Origin: Eledone cirrhosa
Taxonomy: Eukaryota
DNA length: 64,000 nucleotides
NCBI GenBank assembly: GCA_964016885.1
Contig: OZ024745.1
Location: 86,800,001 to 86,864,000, forward strand
Direction of reading: 5' to 3'
Below the pieces are notes generated by a model. It had not been told where the DNA came from. It saw nothing but the letters and a program-made list of their open reading frames with translations, and did not search any database. The position numbers were made by a program, and so were the translations under genes. This document shows positions 53,179 to 64,000 of this stretch, in pieces (positions within the stretch are counted from its first letter, which is position 1; each line of letters begins with the position of its first letter).

Positions 53179-53676
53179 TTAGAGCTGCTCACTGAAATAA
53201 ATCACTGAAGAAAAGAACATAATTGTAAGTGTTAAGCTATGATAGGATATGGCCCCGGACGTACCACAAATGCCGTACGAATTTTCGTTATAGCTATCAA
53301 TGGTACATAAAAGACGAGAATGAAATTCTATTTTGAACGTTGTCTGATTCATGGTCTACATTTACATACATGTATCTAAGGTATTGTTTGAAAAGTTTGT
53401 CATCAGTTTGCATTTGAATACGTAACTTTAGTAAAGATGAAGGTAAGAGATTATCAAGGTTATAGCATTCAGGCATTATATATTCTTTTTCTAAAACAAC
53501 TTGATGCTTCTTATTTGCATCCTGCAAATCAACGTAATATTGTGTGATTTGAAGTAACTCTTTTGACGCAACATTGTATTTGATAAGACGGACAGCTGGA
53601 TTACGATTATGATTATATCTCCATGGTGACAAAGCAGGTGCTACGAAATCAGAGACACCACCGTGTTTCGTTGTAT
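53179..53676 (-). CDS. SMPDL3: Terminal exon of an acid sphingomyelinase-like phosphodiesterase (SMPDL3A/B family), frameshift near 53330
   Basis: Acceptor tttctttccag at 53677. FVAPALSPW...NPAVRLIKY...QYYVDLQDAN...EY...Y.LDNL.PSSL...F.QY..Y..V. A shifted frame continues LLCTID...SYGIC.TSGA plus a hydrophobic tail to TAA. Confidence 0.8.
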
Positions 53677-54414
53677 CTGGAAAGAAAAATAAATTATCAT
53701 TTTATAGGTCTATAAGTTAAAAATGCATTCACATTTAGTTCTGGTTTGTGAAAAAAACCTTTCCTGCCATTCCTCCGGCGTCTAGAAAATAAATTTGCTT
53801 CATACACTGAAAGGAATTTCATCACTCATTTCCTACAAATGTTTTACCTCCAATCCAAGTCATATCACCCCTTTCTTTCCTTTATGTTCTTACTATATGG
53901 TGAAGAGCAAGATCCGAGAGATTAGATTCTAAACTCCTTAAGGAGTTATGGCATAACTTAAGTTAAAAATTCTGTTCTAAACCGAAGGCACATCAAGCCG
54001 GTGCTTATCTCCGGTTTCCGCGGCGTTAAGCGACTGAGAGTACAAGGCAATCTCTGGATAGGACGCCGGTCTATCGCAGGATTAACTTCCCAGCTGCTGG
54101 TATTCACTATCAGCTTAGTATACTGGAACAACGTGAAATAAAGTGTTTTGCTGAAGAACGTAACGCAGGAATTGAACCGATGATATTACGATTGTACTGC
54201 AAGTACCCTAATGCGACTTCACATATGCTATAACTAGTCATAGTTAATTACCAGTTTCGTTTAACTCACCAACGTTATCTATCATCACATTAAATTGGTT
54301 TTGAAATGCAGTTGCTTATTTTCTATCAGAAATGAGACATATTTTAGATTTGTCAAATAGCTTTTCCTATATCATATCCGATTTCTTTTGAAACATTAAA
54401 CATCATCTACGTTA

Positions 54415-54700
54415 GAAAGAGCCGCTACTTCTCCGAATTAAGACGTAACAGCTCCGATACTGTGGGAATGTGGTTAGAATGTCTCTGAAAAGAATCGCCG
54501 GACAGATTTTACGGGTAAAACGAACAGGCAGGAAACCCAGGTATAGATCCCGAGCAATATGGTTGGATAACATCCATGAGCTTGGCTAATCTCACTTGGG
54601 GGATCCAGCCGGATCATATGGAGACGGTTGCTTCTGACAGACCCGCCGGAATCAGTGTTTGAGGACTTTGCCTCGACGATCCTCTCAGTACAATGAAGAA
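54415..54700 (+). mobile_element. RTE LINE 3' end fragment
   Basis: Homologous to 43540-43720. Confidence 0.7.
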
Positions 54701-54731
54701 ATATATAAATATATAAATATATATATATATA

Positions 54732-55750
54732 TTAGGATTGGTGCTCTGAAATAGCGATGTATACATGAGTGTATGTATAGTATATTTGGCAATATACTGT
54801 ATGTTTAATTTAAAACATTTAGAAGACCATACGCTATCAGTTTCAAAGTAGTGACTATGTCACTTACTTCTTTTCGGCGAAAGAAGGGAGAGAAGCTGAG
54901 AGTCTCTTTCACGCTGGTTGGCGTTCATCAGAGCCACCTACTCCACTGCTTTCGCCGAAAAGAAGTAAGTAATCTTAACATGCTAACCATACTCCCACAC
55001 ACACACATACACACATATAACACCCCCCCCACACACACAAGCACACAAATAAACATACATATCTCTACTCTCTTTATTTCAATAGAAAGTCTGAATTTTG
55101 ACACCCCAGCACACCAGCCATATTCCCTGAACCAGAACAATTCTCCTCATCCCGTTTTTCTTGGCCATTATCTTTTGTTTGGCACAAAATTCTCTAAAAC
55201 GCTACAAAAAAAATTCCAAAATACGGGCGCGAAATTTAATGTACATGTTCACGTGACAGTCATAATTTCATTTATAACCAATCAAATTACATTTATAAAA
55301 AAAAGCCTCCGTGAGCCACTTTTTTTAAAGTAAATAGAAATTCAAACACAAACTGGCGCGAAAGCTGATGGGCTTATCCACGTGACAGCATCAACCAACC
55401 AAACTTCACTCATATATGAAAAAAACAATCTGAGCCTCCCACCCCCTTTTTGACGGTAAATATAATAAGAACTTTGTAACGCGAACTGGCTCGAAATTTA
55501 TTATACTTATTCACATGACAGTCATCAACCAACCAAATTACTTCTCTAAAAACCTAGCATTTCGAGCCACTTTTTTCCATATAAAACAGAAGTAATATTC
55601 AAACACCAGCGAGATGTGAGAAAAACCACAAACACTCCGTCTCAATTCTACTTTTGAAAAGTAGAAGGACTGCGAAACTGGTAAAGGAATCAAATAAATA
55701 TATTTATTTAAAAAAAAGATTCCAGTTGCATTTTCGATTTCATCTTTTTT

Positions 55751-55755
<5 letters not shown>
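54732..55755. mobile_element. ~1-kb non-coding HHR-bearing element between (TA)n tracts
   Basis: HHR inside a hairpin, three ~125-bp internal repeats, and a pLTR-like 3' end (GAAActggTA...aataaa...tccttTATA). Confidence 0.65.
54862..54970 (-). ncRNA. Type I hammerhead ribozyme (core 54894-54935) enclosed by a 22-bp perfect helix
   Basis: ggct-CTGATGA-acgc caacca gcgt-GAAA-gag a ctc-TC-agct. Outer arms are acttacttcttttcggcgaaag / ctttcgccgaaaagaagtaagt. Confidence 0.85.
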
Positions 55756-55835
<80 letters not shown>

Positions 55836-55889
55836 TAAAAAAAATTAGCAAAAAAATTAGCAAAAAAAATTAGCAAAAAAATTAGCAAA

Positions 55890-57725
55890 AAAAATTAGCA
55901 AAAACATTTTGGATAGAGTCATCCCACAAATAAGAAAACACGTTAATTTACCACTCTGGGAAAACACTTCCCAGGTAATTAACTGGTTTAAAAATATTAG
56001 ATGTAAATCTTCTGCTTCATTTCTACAATTTGATATAGATAATTACTATTCTTCTATATCACCTATACTCCTGAACAAAGCATTGATATTTGCTAAAAAT
56101 AGATCTAACTTAACTTTGGATGACATTAATATTATTACACATGCTAGACTAACACTTATTGAATTTCAGAATGAATACTGGACCAGAAACACATATAGTA
56201 ATCTATTTGATATTACTATGGGTTCAAGCGATTCCGCCCAAATTACTGATCTTGTGGGCCTCTTTCTCCTTTTCAACATAAATGCCTCCTTTCCCCACCT
56301 TAAAGGTGGTTTATATCGTGATGACTGTCTTCTTCTTTCCAACAACCTTAGCCTTTCAGAAATAGAAAAAAACAAAAAGCATATTAGAACTTTCCTTAAA
56401 GACTATTATAGTCTTCATATTACTTTTGAAAAAACAAGTAAAGTAGTAAATTTCCTAGATATAACTTTAGACTTAGCTACGGGTATCTACCAACCTTACC
56501 ATAAACCCAACCAAAACTTACACTACATACACTCACAATCTAATCACCCTAAATCTATCCTTAAAAACCTTGCATATAATATATCACTTAGAATTTCTAA
56601 CCTTTCTTCTAACCAAGATGTATTTGATAAAAATGCGACCTTCTATAATGAAGCTCTAGATAGAAGTGGCCACAAAAATAGATTAGAATATATACCTTCT
56701 ACTAAAAATAAAAATACTATAAACATACAACCTAATATTACCAACAAACACCAAATGAAAAGTACACACCTAAATGCCACCCACACTATACCCCAAAATA
56801 CCAACAACTCTTCTAATATAAAGTATAGTAACTCTCAAAAAACTACTCATCATACAACTCTAATAAATGTTAATAATAAAACTCCTAATAAACAAGATAA
56901 AACACCTAAATCTATAAATCTAACTGAAAATGTGCGTGGTGAGATCATTAACATTAATCCTCCTAGTAAACATCACGATACAACCTATAAAAATAATAAA
57001 CAACATAGAAACCGTAATAGACGAGTTACTTGGTATAATGCTCCATTTAATTTATTTACAAATTAAGGATAATATTGCTAAAAAATTTTTTTATATCCTA
57101 GAGAAAAACTTCCCGCCAAACCACAAATACCATCAAATCTTAAATAGGTCTACAGTTAAATTCTCATACTCAACAACCAATAACATAAAACAAAATATAA
57201 GTGCCTATAATGCATATAAATATAAGAATACCATAAGTATACCACCAATACATCAAACTAACCATAATATCTCCTCAAATACAGAATTAACGAAAGGTTG
57301 TAACTGTAGAAACAAAGCAAACTGCCCATTAAAAGGAAATTGTCTTGTTAACAACATAGTTTATAAATGTAATGTTAAAACTAAAGATTCTATTTGCTCA
57401 TATAAAAGGAGCTACTTCTAACAATTTTAAGGTAAGGTTTAATACCCACAAACATAGTTTTAAAAATGCCGCACTGGCTAATACAACATCTCTAGCAGAA
57501 AAAATCAATAGTTATAAAAATAAGAATATAGAATATGATATGACCTGGAGTGTGCTCAAAAGAGCCACCCCTTATCAAAATAATAGAAATGAATGTAGAT
57601 TATGTTCCCAAGAACTATTTGAAATAATTAAATCTAAGGATATCCTATTAAATAAACGACAGGAATTAATTATATCGTGTAATCATAAACTAAGAAAAAC
57701 ATTTAAATATTATAAACCTAATTAA
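55890..57725 (+). pseudogene. Naiad-type PLE RT / GIY-YIG endonuclease, two frameshifts (~57060, ~57405)
   Basis: WENTSQVINWF, FLQFDIDNYYSSI, FDITMGS, GLYRDD, FLDITL, YIHSQSNHP, VTWYNAPF, TVKFSYS, CNCRNKANCPLKGNCL..NIVY, FKVRFNTHKHSF, CRLC, LLNKRQEL..CNH. Confidence 0.93.
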
Positions 57726-58809
57726 TAACATTATTTTAGATATTAATATATAATTTAATTTAAATGTTAGTTAACCTATAAATTTAATTTAATTAAAATT
57801 CTACTACAGATGAGATTATAAAATATTGGGTAATCATAAATTGTGAAAAACTTTTAAATATTACTAATATATACTTTGTAAATTAATTTATAGATTAATT
57901 TTAATTTATTTAACCTTTTATTAAAATTCCTTTACAGATAAAATTTAACAAAATATCGTGTATTCAATGACAGAGAAATATTTTTTAATATTATAGACCT
58001 AATTAATGTACAATTTAGAAATATATTTATAATTTGGTTTTAATTTGGTTAACCTAAAAATTTAATTTAATTGGCTTAAAATTAAAATCCTAATACAGAT
58101 GGATTGCAGAGTGTCATGTAATCATAGACTGAGATAGGTTTTAGATGTATACCTAGTTAATATATTCTTTGCAATTTTTGAAAAAATATGTATATATATA
58201 TGTATGTGTATATATATGTATATATATATATATATATATATAAATATATATATATATGTGTATATATATATGAGAATATATATGTGTGTATATATTAATT
58301 TTAATTTTTGTTTACCTATAATTATATTCTACTATAGATAAAATACAATATCTGTTTTAATTATTATAAACCTAATTAACATATACTATAGAAATTAATA
58401 TATAATTTTTAATTTAGTTAACCTATAATTTATATTCTACTACCGATGTAATACTTTATTTGTTTTTTTTCCCTATTACTAAATTCATTTCCTAATATTG
58501 ATACCATAACGTTAATAAGTTTAATTTAGTTATACTATAATTAATACTCTACTACTATTTAACTTCAAAATTCCGCTTCAAATATTATAAACCTAAGTAG
58601 TATACACCTTATAAATCAATATATTAACTATCTTTAATTTAGTTAACCTATAATTAATAGTCTACTTATATTAAAATGCATAATTTTGCCTTCTTTCTTA
58701 CATTTCCTAATACTGAAACTACTATGTAAACACATATTATGATCTAAATGCAGATTAATATTCTATGTTTCTTGAAACCTATATTTACTATAATCCCCCC
58801 CCCTATTAT

Positions 58810-60920
<2,111 letters not shown>

Positions 60921-61050
60921 GAACGAAGTTACTTACATATATACACACACCTAACTGTATAAACTTTTTGTGTTTCCATTGGTCAATTTGAACTCTGTTC
61001 CCAAACAGACCTGTAATTTTGAATTGTTGTTATTATCAATAAATATATTT

Positions 61051-61200
61051 CATTATTTCTGAAGACGGCATATATATGAGTTGGTATGTATATTTAATTT
61101 TGATAGTTTGTATAATTTTGTATAATTTTGTACATAGATCTGTTAAATATACATGCCAATTCTAACACATATATATCCCAGAAACGATCGTTAAATAATG
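61051..61200 (+). ncRNA. Type I hammerhead ribozyme with ~115-nt stem II
   Basis: cattattt-CTGAAGA-[gagttggtatgtatatttaa...ttaaatatacatgccaattc]-GAAA-cgatcg-TT-aaataatg. Perfect 8-bp stem I and palindromic stem III. Confidence 0.85.
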
Positions 61201-61537
61201 AACTTTTTTGTTTAATATAAGGAACTGTTTCATTGTTTTATTCATTATTTTTTAAATATTTTATCTTGACTCTGTATTCCGTTTATCTTTCACCGAAAGT
61301 GATTTTTCATTGCATCTCTTCTTTCCATGATATCCGGATTACATTGAGTTCTTCATACGGATTGGACACTACCGTAAACTCTTGGTAGATTTATCTACAT
61401 ATATATATATATATATATATATAAGTTGAAAAAAAATGAAAACGAAATTTCATTTCTCACTCTTAGTATGGCACTTACTTAAATGTAAGTATGTATGTAT
61501 ACGTACATACATATATGTATACAGACGTACAGTAGCA

Positions 61538-61611
<74 letters not shown>

Positions 61612-61768
61612 TACATACAGGTACACATACATATATGCACGCATCAGTTTAGCGGACGCTTATTATAACGCCGCTTTGTTCGTTTGTAAACAAACTGAAC
61701 AGCCTGAATTTATGCCATACGGTGTTAAGGCAACCACGTCACCTTTTTGTTCAACACTGACACAGGAA

Positions 61769-61809
61769 CGATGTACTAGTTTCAAGCTTGTTAGCTATCA
61801 TCAGCACCG
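61769..61809 (-). ncRNA. Minimal type I hammerhead ribozyme
   Basis: cggtg-CTGATGA-t-agct aaca agct-t-GAAA-ctag-TA-catcg. Confidence 0.85.
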
Positions 61810-62045
61810 TATACCCATCTGCCAGATAGTTGAACGTTCGAAAGTATATACTTTCCTTATGAAAATTAACGGCTGAGCAGCCTAATTTGCATATTGAGTG
61901 AGTTAAATCGGTCAGGCATACCGAAAACGATAAGTTGAAAAAAAATGAAAACGAAATTTCATTTCTCACTCTTAGTATGGCACTTACTTAAATGTAAGTA
62001 TGTATGTATACGTAATACATATATGTATACAGACGTACAGTAGCA

Positions 62046-62095
<50 letters not shown>

Positions 62096-62252
62096 TACAT
62101 ACAGGTACACATACATATATGTACGCATCAGTTTAGCGGACGCTTATTATAACGCCGCTTTGTTCGTTTGTAAACAAACTGAACAGCCTGAATTTATGCC
62201 ATACGGTGTTAAGGCAACCACGTCACCTTTTTGTTCAACACTGACACAGGAA

Positions 62253-62293
62253 CGATGTACTAGTTTCAAGCTTGTTAGCTATCATCAGCACCG
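62253..62293 (-). ncRNA. Minimal type I hammerhead ribozyme (identical second copy)
   Basis: Same sequence, 484 nt from the first copy. Confidence 0.85.
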
Positions 62294-62415
62294 TATACCC
62301 ATCTGCCAGATAGTTGAACGTTCGAAAGTATATACTTTCCTTATGAAAATTAACGGCTGAGCAGCCTAATTTGCATATTGAGTGAGTTAAATATATGTAT
62401 GTGTACCTGTATGTA

Positions 62416-62489
<74 letters not shown>

Positions 62490-63454
62490 TGCTACTGTAC
62501 GTCTGTATACATATATGTATGTACGTATACATACATACTTACATATATATATATATATATATATATGTAAAATAAGTGAGTTTGGAAGTAACTACATTGC
62601 AAATGGAACTATAAATATCAATGTATGTAATTCTATCAGAATGGAAAAGAAACGAGAAAGAAATCTTACTTTAGAAATATTTTACAGTTTCATATATTTC
62701 GGATAATATACCTCTTGATAAAAAAAACAAACAACTATTAACGAAAGTTGAAAGAGTGGAATTAAACGATCATTCTGTTATATTTTGTGGCAGCGTTATA
62801 TATATTTTGTGGCAGTGTTTGTGACAGTAATGTTTACAAATACATAGTCAGACTTTCTAGAATTTCACTGTCTTATCAACTGGCTATAGTGGTGTTGGTT
62901 TTTGCTACAGCCTTTTTATAGTAGGATTTTCTCCTCTTTCTATTTGGCATAAATATGTTCACTGTAGGCACATTGTTCATGTTTTTTGTCAACCGCGTAT
63001 CTTCGATTTTCCCTTTTTGATTACTTTGATTTAAGCTGTCGCGTTTTAAGCGTTTGCTCTCCTTGTTCTGTTATACTGTTTTCACCAATGTATGTATACA
63101 TTAAAAATGTTTTGACAAACCCGGTGCAATGTATAAGTTACACACACACACCTAATGTACATGTAACATACAGGGATACCACTTTATCCAGATGTTGAGA
63201 CAGTAAAGGTGTAATATATATATATATATATATAAATTAATAATTTAATAAACAAGGAACGAAGCCGAATATATTTATATATATCCATCCATGATCCCAT
63301 TACTCCTGATAGAGTTGTTGAGGCGCCGTAAGGGCGTTTCTAGGGCATTTCAAAGCTTCGCGCAGGTCTTAATAAGGTCTTAATAAGCAGATTTTTTCCA
63401 GAGAAGGATAGAAAATGAAAGAGAGGAAGTCAGGCAGAGATACAAAGGAAGAAT

Positions 63455-63610
63455 CAACCCAGTACTAGACTGGTACTTTTTTATCGACCACGAAAGGATG
63501 AATAATAAAGATGACCTCGATGGAATTTGAATCCAGAGAGCAGAAAGCCAGAACGAATACCCCGAAGTATTCTATCGGACGTTCTAACGACTCTGCCATT
63601 TCGCCGCCTA
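63455..63610 (-). mobile_element. Diverged tRNA-SINE
   Basis: ctggtacttttttatcgacc...ggatga...ggaatttgaa matches the dominant family. Confidence 0.65.
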
Positions 63611-63754
63611 TGATTATATATATATACAATAATTAAATAGATAATTAAGCAGATTTTATACTAAGACTTCATAGTATTTGTGAAAATAAAAGTATTTTAC
63701 ACAGAAAAGTAAGTAAGTAAGAATAAATAAGAAACCAATATATATAATACATAT

Positions 63755-64000
63755 CTCGTCAGATTCTTGGTGTCTCTACGAGACCGCATCTCAAACACAA
63801 CATCCGAGAACAATGCCAGCAACAGCTGACCATTGAAGACCAAATTCGGCAACGTAGGCTACAGTGGTGTGGTCACGTCTTCAAGATGAGCACCGGAAGA
63901 CTACCACTCCAACGTTTGTAACGACTGGGACCCATGCACTGGAAAATCCAACGCAGCGCACCGAAGAAGACATGGGCGAAACAAATCGGGGAGGACTTGA
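63755..64000 (+). pseudogene. RTE-like LINE RT C-terminal fragment
   Basis: RILGVSTRDRISN...IEDQIRQRRLQWCGHVFKMSTGRLP...PKKTW. Confidence 0.75.

Larger units (their letters stand above)
61421..62545 (-). mobile_element. Retrozyme-like tandem dimer (~490-510-bp monomers: 61421-61929, 61930-62390) plus inverted piece (62391-62545)
   Basis: Near-identical direct repeats, each with an HHR, non-coding, flanked by (TA)n. Confidence 0.88.

Noticed and set aside
57290-57725. Selenocysteine recoding reported for some Naiad PLEs
   Set aside because: The Cys positions here are TGT/TGC with no in-frame TGA, and the breaks are simple frameshifts.
61436-62360. Duplicated 66-146 aa ORFs in the tandem dimer
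   Set aside because: They are antisense to the HHR strand, have no motif and run through (TA)n.
63310-63360. Minus-strand GAAA-cgcc cttac ggcg-CC, a possible HHR stem III
   Set aside because: No CUGANGA upstream and no UH triplet.

Overview
Repeat-rich, AT-rich animal DNA, most likely a cephalopod (octopus-type), inferred from the tandem tRNA-SINEs, huge (TA)n/(TG)n tracts and a KPFHCDICGKSF zinc finger. The window opens with ~8.2 kb of a 17-bp satellite. It then holds a decayed Tx1/L1-clade LINE, three decayed Penelope-like elements (PLEs; Neptune-, Nematis-like and Naiad-type), mariner, hAT and Tc2 MITEs, two Helitrons, RTE and CRE fragments, and one host exon (SMPDL3-like, frameshifted). 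The main signal is absent from the ORF track: about 13 type-I hammerhead ribozyme (HHR) motifs plus several half-HHRs, from about 10 unrelated sequence families. Most lie in non-coding, terminally redundant, tandem or fold-back units of 0.2-1.3 kb next to (TA)n. These look like non-autonomous retrozyme/PLE-derived elements, and several fold back exactly at the ribozyme's stem II. All calls were made by eye with no database searches, and coordinates may be off by a few bases.
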